A stretch of 64,000 bases of DNA from a virus. The translations under genes were made by a program, and so were the position numbers. Position 1 is the first letter of the stretch. Every line of letters starts with the position of its first letter. Where the stretch lies: positions 1 to 64,000 of the IMG/VR virus record IMGVR_UViG_3300035001_000008. One strand, written 5' to 3'. Shown piece after piece: positions 37,885 through 46,670 of this stretch. The notes beneath the pieces were generated by a model. It was not told the origin of the DNA, ran no database searches, and saw only the letters and a list, made by a program, of their open reading frames with translations.

Positions 37885-38151
37885 TTATTCTTCAGTCCCA
37901 CTTACATTTTCAGATTGAATAGATGCGGCTACTGGAGTGCCTACAATAGCTTCAGTAGCTTTCTTACGTCCCTCGATAGTGCCGTGTAGAGTAATAGCAC
38001 CTGCAAACAAGGCCGCGATTTCAATTTGATTAGGAACTCTGAATTTACCCGTATCAGGATTGTATAGAGCAACTACTGTACTAAGTACAAGTACAACAAA
38101 AGCACCTACAGCATTCTGAACGGTACTTGATTTATAAACTGGCTTAGACAT
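37885..38151 (-). CDS. Putative holin
   Basis: Two TM segments, basic termini, directly upstream of the endolysin. Confidence 0.6.
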   Translation of the reverse strand: MSKPVYKSSTVQNAVGAFVVLVLSTVVALYNPDTGKFRVPNQIEIAALFAGAITLHGTIEGRKKATEAIVGTPVAASIQSENVSGTEE

Positions 38152-38587
38152 TTTTAATTACCCTTTTATAGTGCTGATAGGCATCGTAAGAATGCTGACC
38201 TTCAATCTTGAATGTGTTATTGGTAGGAATACCGCTGAATGCTGCAAGCATAGTTAGACCGTATAGAGTCTCATACCCATGTGTAAGTTCTTCAAACTTA
38301 TCGCCATGCTTGAGATAAAGCGCTTCAAGGTAATGTCGTACTCTAGCGGCTTCTACATCGTCTGTAATAGGCCCAACAGATTGAGCGTAAGCATAGACAG
38401 TATCTACAATAGAAACGGTTGCAGGCGCTTCAGGCGTAGGCTCAACCTCTTCTATAGGGCCAATAATAGATTCGATAATCTCTTCAACTACTGGCAAATC
38501 TTCATCATGAATGTCTACGTTCACATTCTCAACAAGTTCTTTGCCAATTAACTCGCTTACTTTTCGTCTGACCATATCAAATAGCAC
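38144..38587 (-). CDS. Hypothetical protein
   Basis: Overlapping operon ORF. Confidence 0.55.
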   Translation of the reverse strand: MLFDMVRRKVSELIGKELVENVNVDIHDEDLPVVEEIIESIIGPIEEVEPTPEAPATVSIVDTVYAYAQSVGPITDDVEAARVRHYLEALYLKHGDKFEELTHGYETLYGLTMLAAFSGIPTNNTFKIEGQHSYDAYQHYKRVIKNV

Positions 38588-38900
38588 TGTGAGGTTTAGT
38601 ATGCAGTTTTTTAAGGGTGTGCCTAACGTTTTGGGTTTCAGCCGGGTTTACAGGAATTGAAAACCAAATGCTAATTACATAGGACAATGCAGTAGAGATT
38701 ACAGCCCAAGTATCAATCAACCTAAACTTAAACCAATAAACTAACCACATCAACGGATAGTAATCAGTTCTGACTATGTAAACTAACTGTCTGCTGTAAT
38801 CGGTTTGCACAACCTTATAAGACACTTGAGCGTTTACACCAAGATCATAAGGTGAAACTAATACACATTGTGATTCAGGTATATCCATATCAAATAGCAC
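38577..38900 (-). CDS. Hypothetical membrane protein
   Basis: Overlapping operon ORF with a hydrophobic segment. Confidence 0.5.
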   Translation of the reverse strand: MLFDMDIPESQCVLVSPYDLGVNAQVSYKVVQTDYSRQLVYIVRTDYYPLMWLVYWFKFRLIDTWAVISTALSYVISIWFSIPVNPAETQNVRHTLKKLHTKPHSAI

Positions 38901-39159
38901 TAGCTTGAGGAATAAGATTCAAATTACGTTCAGGTGTGCCCGCTACCCTACGTCGCCAATAAGTTACACCTGTTACCTCTTTACTTTCAACTACTCCATC
39001 TAACTTAAGTTTACTCAAAATGATTGAAGTAACAGGTCTAATAGTGCCTGAAAGGTTTGTGATTTCATAAATGGATTTCCAATGAAAATTAAGATTGCGG
39101 TAAACTAAATCCTGCATTAAATAAAAAAGGGTAGACGGGCTACCCCCATTGTATAACAT
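38890..39159 (-). CDS. Possible winged-helix protein
   Basis: KSIYEITNLSG..RPVTSIILSKLKLDGVVES pattern. Confidence 0.45.
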   Translation of the reverse strand: MLYNGGSPSTLFYLMQDLVYRNLNFHWKSIYEITNLSGTIRPVTSIILSKLKLDGVVESKEVTGVTYWRRRVAGTPERNLNLIPQASAI

Positions 39160-39175
39160 TAGATTGTTTGATTAA

Positions 39176-39799
39176 TTAGAGTAAGTCTAACTGTTTCTGC
39201 ATCTCTGCAATGATTGTAGACATAAACTCTTTTTGACTAGGAGGCATCACTCGATTACCAACATCCTTAGTACCTGGTGAATCCATATCAGGGTAGGCAG
39301 TCTTAACCGCTTGATTGAATACGCAGTCTGCATACTCTAAACATGCTTCCCATGCATTATCAAAACTGAGTGACCATTGGAGGTAATCATTGCGCCATTC
39401 CCAAATGAAGATGTCGCAGAAAAAACTAGGGTCTTTATCCCTGAGTAGGTGCAAGTCCTCTACAGCAGTATCTAACCATTCAAAAGATGCTGATAGGATT
39501 TTGTCTTTATCGTGAATAAGATTCCATGTCTCCGCATTAATAGAGTGAGTCTGCATTGCATACCCAGCAGGTAGACCTTCCACAGCCTCTACTATCTGCC
39601 AATGCCCTAGAGTCTTAAATTCTATATCAATCATCCTTACAGGAGCACCATGCCATGTAACAGGAGTGATATAGAAACAGCTACCTTGTTTAGGCTTACG
39701 CTTAATCGCTTTAGTGTAAGGGATAGCTTCAAACTCACCTGAAGCATTAGCCCGTTGTAAGTCTAACTTATTGAACATATTACTCCTATATTTACTCAT
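39176..39799 (-). CDS. Hypothetical protein
   Basis: 207-aa ORF, no family recognised. Confidence 0.6.
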   Translation of the reverse strand: MSKYRSNMFNKLDLQRANASGEFEAIPYTKAIKRKPKQGSCFYITPVTWHGAPVRMIDIEFKTLGHWQIVEAVEGLPAGYAMQTHSINAETWNLIHDKDKILSASFEWLDTAVEDLHLLRDKDPSFFCDIFIWEWRNDYLQWSLSFDNAWEACLEYADCVFNQAVKTAYPDMDSPGTKDVGNRVMPPSQKEFMSTIIAEMQKQLDLL

Positions 39800-39912
39800 C
39801 CATTATACGACATTAAACAAACTCAGCATTTACTTAAAGTGCGGTTGACGGTAGGTAAGCATCACTATAAAAGCTGTCGCAATGTGAGACTTAGTTATCT
39901 AATTAAGTGTAA

Positions 39913-40101
39913 GTATATCAACTTATATCCACATAATTCAATATGTTTATGTATACCCTAGCGCTCACCTTGCTTCGCAGGTCGCTACTATGCCAAGTGG
40001 TTATCTATAAAACCTCAGCTATTGTAGTCAGCCCGCGAAGCAAGGGCTGGCGACCACGTATTTATATACTTAATGAATTATGTGGATATAAGTTGATATA
40101 C
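39913..40101. repeat. 28-bp perfect inverted repeat with a nested 11-bp inverted repeat; origin candidate
   Basis: GTATATCAACTTATATCCACATAATTCA at 39913-39940 and its reverse complement at 40074-40101. Confidence 0.9.
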
Positions 40102-40210
40102 CTAGAGCCTCTATCTAAATGTTTGAATAAAAAAATAGCGCCTCTGTCGTTGCACGTTAGACAGAAAAGCGCTATACTTGATTTAGTAATAATCAACTTA
40201 AGTATAACTC

Positions 40211-41164
40211 ATGAACAGCACGTTAGACAACGTTCCTCTATATTTTCTAGATATTGACCCAGACTGGAAAGACAAAATCGACACATGGGCATCTAATATG
40301 CCTAAGTCTTCCCTACTAGGTGTCATCGGTCTAACTCAGCATTTACTCTACTCACCAGCACACGCCATAGGAGCCTTAAAGAAGGATGTTGTAAGGCTTG
40401 ATGGGTGTTTGCTGTATAGCGTTGAGGAAGATGCCCTAGCAGAGCTAAATCAGCCTAGGTCATTTCAATGTGCATTAACTCACATTCAGAAGCATCTAGT
40501 TAGATACTGGATAGGTGCTACCTCAAATAGAATCACCCTCAGAAAGTACATTGCTAAGCTTTCCGGTCTAGGTGCATTCAGAACTGAGTCAGAATGGCAC
40601 CCAGGCGGCAAACAGCCTATGTTGTTCCATAACCTGAACTTTGATTTACTACTGGGTATTTACGAAAGGCTAGAAAAAGCTTGGTTTGAACGTGGGTTTA
40701 CAGTTCATGCATTCCCTAAGCATCGTGGGTTTGTAGGTAACTTACTGTTTCAAGCATGGACTAAGGTAATCTACGGTGTAGAGAATGCTAAGCCTAACCG
40801 AAGTGGGCAAGGTTCTACATTCGATTATGTATCTAAGGCTAGACACTCTCAGATAGCCTCTGACAAAGATGAGAGAGCTTTTCTAGAGTATTCTGCCCGT
40901 GTAGATGCTGAGCCTAGTAAAAGGTCTATTGAGCCTCCTAAGCCCGTCCTAACGGCTGTATATGAGGCAGCTAAGGCTAAGATTGATTTTGTATTCACTG
41001 ATTGGTTTTATCGCTTTGACTTTAAGCCTAAAAATCCTATCAAAGTTGAAAACCTTGTAACTAACCCTTATAGCCCTGAGCATTCCAGTTTGTATTGTGA
41101 ACCTCCTATGGAAGAATATGACGACGATATGAGAGCTTATGTAGAATCAATTCCTTTTAATTAA
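40211..41164 (+). CDS. Putative replication initiator / DNA-binding protein
   Basis: HTH-like YWIGATSNRITLRKYIAKLSGLG segment; adjacent to the inverted repeat; function inferred. Confidence 0.45.
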   Translation: MNSTLDNVPLYFLDIDPDWKDKIDTWASNMPKSSLLGVIGLTQHLLYSPAHAIGALKKDVVRLDGCLLYSVEEDALAELNQPRSFQCALTHIQKHLVRYWIGATSNRITLRKYIAKLSGLGAFRTESEWHPGGKQPMLFHNLNFDLLLGIYERLEKAWFERGFTVHAFPKHRGFVGNLLFQAWTKVIYGVENAKPNRSGQGSTFDYVSKARHSQIASDKDERAFLEYSARVDAEPSKRSIEPPKPVLTAVYEAAKAKIDFVFTDWFYRFDFKPKNPIKVENLVTNPYSPEHSSLYCEPPMEEYDDDMRAYVESIPFN

Positions 41165-41200
41165 TTAAAAACTCAACCTAACTATACAAAGGACTTCAAA

Positions 41201-41980
41201 ATGACTAGAGGCGTTTATACAATTTGTTGCGTTCCAACGGGAAAAGTTTATGTAGGTTCAAGCAAGAATATTGAATCGAGATGGATAAGACATAAACGAG
41301 ACTTAAAAAAGAATAGACATCATTCTAAAAACTTGCAAGATGCATGGAATAAATACTCTGAAACCGATTTTAAGTTTTGTATTGTTGAAGAAGTGATTGA
41401 TGGTAATTTACTAGAGTTTGAATATAGATGGACACGAAAGCTAGACGCTTACAAAATAGGGTTTAATAGTTCACCTTTTATACAAAGACCTACTATTGTT
41501 TATTATCTTGAAGTCACTAAAAACGGCAATACAGTTTATAAAGTAGGTAAGACTCAGCAAAGCATCGAAAAACGCTTTGAAGAAGATACTTGCGAAATTA
41601 AAGTATTGGGTTTAGTGAAAATGGCTAATAAAGCAGATGCTACTTGGTTCATTCAATATATACTCACAAAGTATGAAGAATTTAAGTATGATGGCAGTGA
41701 TTTATTAATTAGCGGAAATACTCAGTTGTTTAGTAAAGATATTTTTAATTTAAGCAGCAAGTTTAGCAATAACCCTGACAACCTAGAATGTATCATCAAG
41801 GAATACATTAAGAAGACTCGCAAAAAACCTAACATTGTAGGTAGGCAACTAAGTGAGTATGAAAAATCCCTCAAACCTAGAGTATGGAGATCTCATATGG
41901 CGGGTTCCCCAAAAGAACTATTAGAGAAATACGGAATTATAGAACTCTGTAGAGATTACAGTGATAGAAAACGTTCTTAA
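41201..41980 (+). CDS. GIY-YIG endonuclease with a second, degenerate T5orf172-like domain
   Basis: GVY..YVGSS..R..H..E N-terminus; YYLEV..YKVGKT..GNTQLF C-terminus. Confidence 0.85.
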   Translation: MTRGVYTICCVPTGKVYVGSSKNIESRWIRHKRDLKKNRHHSKNLQDAWNKYSETDFKFCIVEEVIDGNLLEFEYRWTRKLDAYKIGFNSSPFIQRPTIVYYLEVTKNGNTVYKVGKTQQSIEKRFEEDTCEIKVLGLVKMANKADATWFIQYILTKYEEFKYDGSDLLISGNTQLFSKDIFNLSSKFSNNPDNLECIIKEYIKKTRKKPNIVGRQLSEYEKSLKPRVWRSHMAGSPKELLEKYGIIELCRDYSDRKRS

Positions 41981-41983
41981 CTC

Positions 41984-42006
41984 AAAAGCCCCTCTAAAGG
42001 GGCGTT
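41984..42006. terminator. Intrinsic terminator-like hairpin
   Basis: AAAAGCCCC-TCTAAA-GGGGCGTT after a stop codon. Confidence 0.6.
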
Positions 42007-42088
42007 AAACTTCACCCTAATTTCATCTAACGCTATATGCTTTTAAGCTTTAGGGGTGTTATAGTAGGAGTAATTAAGAGGAAAGGAA

Positions 42089-42367
42089 ATGTCAACCGTT
42101 AAATTAGAATACCCAAGTGACAACGGCCTGAGTTTGGTAGAATACCGTTTTTATTTAATGGATACTATTTTGTATTTAGATGACTACACTGAATATAATC
42201 GTCCCAGTAAACGGCATTCTTTCAAGTCTGTAAAATCTTATGCCAGGTTGGATAAACGTAGGTCTACTATTGACGTAAGCGAAGTCCCACTTACTGAAGA
42301 AATTAAACAAGATGCCTTAAATGCATATATTTCCAAGCTTCAAGTTAAACTGTGGGATAAAAAGTAA
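42089..42367 (+). CDS. Hypothetical protein
   Basis: GAGGAAAGG RBS. Confidence 0.6.
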   Translation: MSTVKLEYPSDNGLSLVEYRFYLMDTILYLDDYTEYNRPSKRHSFKSVKSYARLDKRRSTIDVSEVPLTEEIKQDALNAYISKLQVKLWDKK

Positions 42368-42552
42368 TGAATAAGACTCACTTGCAAATGGATTTAGATA
42401 TGATCCATGAAAGAGATAGACTTAAAAAGCTAGTTGAGCAGATTAAATATAAATGTGAGTTAGTATCAGGCGACGTTTCACCCGGTATTGTAGATGCTAC
42501 CTATTTAGCTGAGGATATCTTAGAATTGATTAGTAAGACTGAGGTTGAATAA
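42367..42552 (+). CDS. Hypothetical protein
   Basis: Translationally coupled to the previous ORF. Confidence 0.5.
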   Translation: MNKTHLQMDLDMIHERDRLKKLVEQIKYKCELVSGDVSPGIVDATYLAEDILELISKTEVE

Positions 42553-42631
42553 TGGAGTTGGCTAAATCTGTAGGCGGCATAGCAAACATAAGCAAGGGAA
42601 CAATTGTTTCCCCTCCCTTGCTCAATATGCT

Positions 42632-42901
42632 ATGGCTAAAAGCGCTAAGAATAGACATCACGCTAACCGTTTAGTTAAAAACTATACTAAGTTACTCAAG
42701 CAGACTCATCCTAGTATGCTTACTTTTGTAGGGTTTGGTTACAGCTACAATAAAGACCCGTTTGATTGCGGTAATCCTGGCTGTTTTGTTTGCCATCATG
42801 AGCCTACAGGTAAATCTAGCTCAGCCAATAAAAAGAAAGATGCTAATGTAAGTACTGATTCAATTGAGGATTACTATGAACAGTTGGAAGGCAGAGGGTA
42901 A
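42632..42901 (+). CDS. Small basic protein with CGNPGCFVC motif
   Basis: Cys cluster. Confidence 0.55.
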   Translation: MAKSAKNRHHANRLVKNYTKLLKQTHPSMLTFVGFGYSYNKDPFDCGNPGCFVCHHEPTGKSSSANKKKDANVSTDSIEDYYEQLEGRG

Positions 42902-43058
42902 ACCACAGGTTAAGCCTAAAAAGCGGCTTAAAAAACTAAAGCAGTGGAATAAGGCTAATAAACAATTAGCCGCTAAACTAAAGACTGGACTCAACCAAGG
43001 CCCACAAGGGTCTTTTTATTTGTACTCTAACTTAGCCAATTGCTTAAGTTCACTCTGA
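42864..43058 (+). CDS. Small basic hypothetical protein
   Basis: Lys-rich ORF; start uncertain. Confidence 0.35.
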   Translation: MRITMNSWKAEGKPQVKPKKRLKKLKQWNKANKQLAAKLKTGLNQGPQGSFYLYSNLANCLSSL

Positions 43059-44995
43059 CTCAATTCAGCAGCCCTTTCAAGAGGTATATACTTTCTATCA
43101 GATACTCTGCTATCTAATTCAATAGGGTCGCTTACAGACCCATCTAGACGTAGCTCTACCCATTCATCGCTACGCTTAGCGACATCAAAAGATTTAAGTT
43201 CACTTAATTTAATTTCTTTAATGCTTTTCATAAACTCAGATGGCATCGCACCTAAGTAAGTAGCCTTAGCTTCTTTTAATGACGTTACACCTAAGATAAA
43301 TTTATATTCGTCAAATTCACCGTTAATTACTTGTTCAACTACGAATAGTTTAGGTGAATCTAATTTAGTGCCGACATAACAATCAAGTGCCATGCCATCA
43401 GCACCTTTAGTATTTTGGATATATCCATAACCCGCAGTTAAAGTTTTACCGTGTCTGGTATCAAAAGGTAGGTATTGCAGACCAATAGAAAGACCTTGCC
43501 ATTTAATTACTTTTTTAGCTTTAGTTAAATCATCCAAATTAAATTTAGAATCCCAATCTTCTCTAGGTTTAGTTTTTTCTTTAGGTTCAGGTTCTTTTAC
43601 TTCAGGGGTAGTGCCATCTTCCATTGAATCAGTGTCAGCCTCTATAACGGCTTCTAAGGCTTCAGTAAAATCATCTCTAAGTGTAATCTGCTGATTGAAC
43701 TTGTAACCGTTGAGCCTCTGTCTAGATTCACTTGGGTGCATTGAACCCGATTCAATACGGATTTTATCAGTTTCAGCAAATAACTTTTCAATTTCAGCTT
43801 GTTCTTTACCAGTTAGTTGTAACGCAGATTCCCAAGTAAAACCGAATCCTTTAGGAATGGTGCCGCCTGTCGGCCCGTCTTTTGAGAGCAGCACGTATTC
43901 CCCTAAACGTCTACGTGGTGCAGTCCATATGGTGTTTTGGAAATTTGCTACAAACTCAGACCATAATCTTTCGTCAGTTTTACCCCCTTCACTTAATGCA
44001 TTTTGTCCAGAATGGCCTAATAGTTTAGATTTGGGGAAACCTGTAGCAGTTAATAGAAAATCTTCCATTCTTTGTAGAACAGGGTCGATACCTCCAAACG
44101 ACCTATTCAAATATGAGACTGTCTCCGACTCAGAATCGTGCATTACGCCCTTAAGGGACGAAATTCCCATCTGAATAGCGACAAATCTATTAACTAAAGC
44201 TGACGTATCGCCGCTTTGAGCAAGTGTTGCTAGCCCTTTTAGTCCATAGGTAAAAACTGAATAATCAGCAAGCATTCCACCTACTGAATAATAAGATTGT
44301 AAATAAGTAGATAATTCCGAAAAGCAAGCTTGAATAGCCGAGTCATTATACCCACCGTTATATCTCAATCCCCTAGCCATTAACCTTTTGCCAGGGAATC
44401 TAAGAACTCTATCACTATGAATTATCTGCGTATTTAATGACTTAAATTCATCGGATACATCTTGATTAATATTAAATCGGTAATCTTTAGGATTAACAAT
44501 AGAACCCGATGTATTTGGTTGAAGCATATCCCGTTCAAGTACTTCAAGCCAAGCAACACTTTTTATGTTGTCACGGTCTACAGGTTCATTTATTTCTCTT
44601 CCATCTTGTAGATCTAGGACTATCCAGCCATCTCCATTTAAACGACCTTCTACTGAAGCTTCTGTAAATGCTTCAATTACTCCTAAGTTTGAGCAATACT
44701 CATCCATTGCCGATACTAAATCGGATGAATCCTCTCCCTCAGTATGGCCGAATGAAAAGGTGCCCCAGTGCTTTGAAGCCGCCTCACAAGGCAATAGCAC
44801 AAGCTTCTCAACAATTTTATTTGAACGGAATAAACCTAGACGTTCTTCAGATGTAAGAATCCTAGGAGCGATATTGACTTCTACCCCTTCGATTTTACTA
44901 CGCGCACTACCATGACCCGTATTATTATTAGACACAGATGCACTGAGAGCTGAAATCAGCGACCCATCGTTCCTAAAGTCGTCTAAGTCTGTCAT
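43016..44995 (-). CDS. Portal protein (DUF1073-like) with C-terminal inorganic-pyrophosphatase-like (InPase) domain
   Basis: RLNGDG, HSDRVLRFPG, SFGGI, TGFPKSKLLG portal motifs; YGYIQNTKGADGMALDCYVG..FDEYKFILG. Confidence 0.85.
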   Translation of the reverse strand: MTDLDDFRNDGSLISALSASVSNNNTGHGSARSKIEGVEVNIAPRILTSEERLGLFRSNKIVEKLVLLPCEAASKHWGTFSFGHTEGEDSSDLVSAMDEYCSNLGVIEAFTEASVEGRLNGDGWIVLDLQDGREINEPVDRDNIKSVAWLEVLERDMLQPNTSGSIVNPKDYRFNINQDVSDEFKSLNTQIIHSDRVLRFPGKRLMARGLRYNGGYNDSAIQACFSELSTYLQSYYSVGGMLADYSVFTYGLKGLATLAQSGDTSALVNRFVAIQMGISSLKGVMHDSESETVSYLNRSFGGIDPVLQRMEDFLLTATGFPKSKLLGHSGQNALSEGGKTDERLWSEFVANFQNTIWTAPRRRLGEYVLLSKDGPTGGTIPKGFGFTWESALQLTGKEQAEIEKLFAETDKIRIESGSMHPSESRQRLNGYKFNQQITLRDDFTEALEAVIEADTDSMEDGTTPEVKEPEPKEKTKPREDWDSKFNLDDLTKAKKVIKWQGLSIGLQYLPFDTRHGKTLTAGYGYIQNTKGADGMALDCYVGTKLDSPKLFVVEQVINGEFDEYKFILGVTSLKEAKATYLGAMPSEFMKSIKEIKLSELKSFDVAKRSDEWVELRLDGSVSDPIELDSRVSDRKYIPLERAAELSQSELKQLAKLEYK

Positions 44996-45056
44996 ATTAA
45001 ATAAAAATTTGATATAATGCCTTACCTAAGTCTATCTAATCTTTATCTAATGAGTA

Positions 45057-45085
45057 TTGACGATTAAACAAGCAAGCGTTAAACT
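45057..45085 (+). promoter_or_regulatory. Sigma70-type promoter
   Basis: TTGACG-N17-TAAACT upstream of the small early genes and tRNAs. Confidence 0.6.
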
Positions 45086-45119
45086 AAAAGGGTAAGTTTG
45101 AAATTAAGGAATTAATTAA

Positions 45120-45242
45120 ATGTCTAACCAAGCTAAGATTGCTCAACTACGGCAACAATACCAACAAGCTAAATCTGAGCCAGAAGCACGTAAGATTTTG
45201 CTTGAGATTCAAAAGCTGGAAAGGGAAGATTTCGGCATTTAA
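45120..45242 (+). CDS. 40-aa helical protein (not in ORF track)
   Basis: AAGGA RBS; MSNQAKIAQLRQQYQQAKS... Confidence 0.5.
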   Translation: MSNQAKIAQLRQQYQQAKSEPEARKILLEIQKLEREDFGI

Positions 45243-45304
45243 GTTAACGTTAAATTAATGCATCTACCTTATCTAAAACTAACTAAGGATTAAATTAAAT
45301 AGAT

Positions 45305-45442
45305 ATGCAACCAGGTTTGACTAAACTAAAAGCAGAGTTAGCATTGTCTGCTGAGATTGAAGCCAAACGTGCTTCAATCTCTGTTGAGCAAGCAGTGAAA
45401 GCTAACATTATATCTACCCTTGCTCAAGCTGCTGACTGGTAG
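45305..45442 (+). CDS. 45-aa protein (not in ORF track)
   Basis: MQPGLTKLKAELALSAEIEAK... Confidence 0.45.
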   Translation: MQPGLTKLKAELALSAEIEAKRASISVEQAVKANIISTLAQAADW

Positions 45443-45493
45443 ACTTAAAGGGTACATCTACCTTAAAGTAAATCTAAATAAGGACTTAATCAA

Positions 45494-45736
45494 ATGGCTT
45501 TATCTACAGAGACAATTAATAACAAACTGGCTAACGATTACGCAACAAGGTTTATCCTACTTCTCAAAAGTGAACCCTGGGATGTTGAATCAAAAAGCCA
45601 ACTTTCTATGCTCTTTGATTTTTACTCTGCTGGTGTGCTAGAAACAACCGCACCGATAAGCAGAGAAATTCTAAAACTAGACGCTGTAATCGGTATAGCT
45701 AAGTCAATTGTTCTAAATCAAAATGGATTGCTTTAG
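45494..45736 (+). CDS. Hypothetical protein
   Basis: AAGGA RBS; followed by a hairpin. Confidence 0.55.
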   Translation: MALSTETINNKLANDYATRFILLLKSEPWDVESKSQLSMLFDFYSAGVLETTAPISREILKLDAVIGIAKSIVLNQNGLL

Positions 45737-45772
45737 TTAAACTTAAAGGGGTTTAATCACCCCTTGAAATAT

Positions 45773-45848
45773 CTCTCATTAACTCAGCGCATAGAGTAGC
45801 GGGTTTCTACCCCGTTTGTCCTAGGTTGGAATCCTAGATGAGAGGCCA
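45773..45848 (+). tRNA. tRNA-Arg (TCT), CCA encoded, atypical D and T loops
   Basis: CTCTCAT/ATGAGAG acceptor, ACTC/GAGT D stem, GCGGG-TTTCTAC-CCCGT anticodon arm, CTAGG-TTGGAAT-CCTAG T arm, GCCA. Confidence 0.85.
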
Positions 45849-45921
45849 GGGCGTTTGGCAGAGCGGATTATGCACCATGCTCATAACGTGGTTTAGACTG
45901 GTTCAATTCCAGTAGCGCCCA
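45849..45921 (+). tRNA. tRNA with CAT anticodon (Ile2 or Met)
   Basis: GGGCGTT/AGCGCCC acceptor, CCATG-CTCATAA-CGTGG anticodon arm, ACTGG-TTCAATT-CCAGT T arm. Confidence 0.9.
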
Positions 45922-45943
45922 TCTCAATTAAATAAAGGAAACA

Positions 45944-46159
45944 ATGACAGATAAACCAACGCCTAAACGAATGTCAATTAATTTAACGGGTGATGCTGCT
46001 GAGTATCTAGAAGATCTTGCTGAATCGCAGGGCATAACTCAAACTGAAGCACTACGTAGAGCTATTGCAACCGAATCTTATATTCAGAAATCAATCAAAG
46101 AAGGCTATAGGGTTTTACTTCAGAACAAGGATGAAATTAGAGAAATTGTTTTTAGGTAA
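45944..46159 (+). CDS. Ribbon-helix-helix (CopG-like) regulator
   Basis: KRMSINLT..A.EYLEDLA..QGITQTEALRRAI. Confidence 0.85.
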   Translation: MTDKPTPKRMSINLTGDAAEYLEDLAESQGITQTEALRRAIATESYIQKSIKEGYRVLLQNKDEIREIVFR

Positions 46160-46227
46160 GGGTTAATTAAAACAACAGACTCATCTAAAATAGGTATTAC
46201 TATACTTATTTCAAAAGTGCATCAAAC

Positions 46228-46437
46228 ATGCTCAGCAAACATTTATTTGTCAAAAGAAATACTGTTGTTCTTAAATCAACGGCTACTGCTTGGGATCTAT
46301 CTACTGAGTACGATGTTAATTTATTCACCGTTGAAAGACAATTAAAGTTATTTGGAATATGTCTACATTCCAAAGCAATCTTTGCTGATTTTGATGTAAA
46401 TGTCTGTAATGAGTATATTAGGGAATTTAAGGATTAA
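46228..46437 (+). CDS. Hypothetical protein
   Basis: Co-oriented early-region ORF. Confidence 0.5.
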   Translation: MLSKHLFVKRNTVVLKSTATAWDLSTEYDVNLFTVERQLKLFGICLHSKAIFADFDVNVCNEYIREFKD

Positions 46438-46441
46438 ATAA

Positions 46442-46666
46442 ATGGAAACTAATTATCAAAATGAACTTGAAGAAGTTCTAAATTACTGCCTTAAACACAA
46501 ATACTCATTTAATTATTCCTATACGCCGCATTCAAGTAGACATTACTTCTACATCACTTCAGATGACTTTGATGTAATGGAGCAAGGAATAGCACACACT
46601 AAAGAAAAAGCGTTTGCAGATTTTATGTTAGATTTTAAGGCACGTAGAATTAAATATAAGGATTAA
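46442..46666 (+). CDS. Hypothetical protein
   Basis: Co-oriented early-region ORF. Confidence 0.55.
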   Translation: METNYQNELEEVLNYCLKHKYSFNYSYTPHSSRHYFYITSDDFDVMEQGIAHTKEKAFADFMLDFKARRIKYKD

Positions 46667-46670
46667 TTAA

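Noticed and set aside
39913-40101. N15-type telomere resolution site
   Set aside because: The arms are separated by 133 bp rather than forming a continuous palindrome; no protelomerase seen, and an integrase is present.
39943-40257. 104-aa ORF across the inverted-repeat region
   Set aside because: No motif or RBS; it overlaps the structured non-coding element and the next gene start.
43016-44995. Acb1 anti-CBASS label for the DUF1073 portal
   Set aside because: No pair of HxT 2H-phosphoesterase motifs seen; the C-terminus is InPase-like instead.
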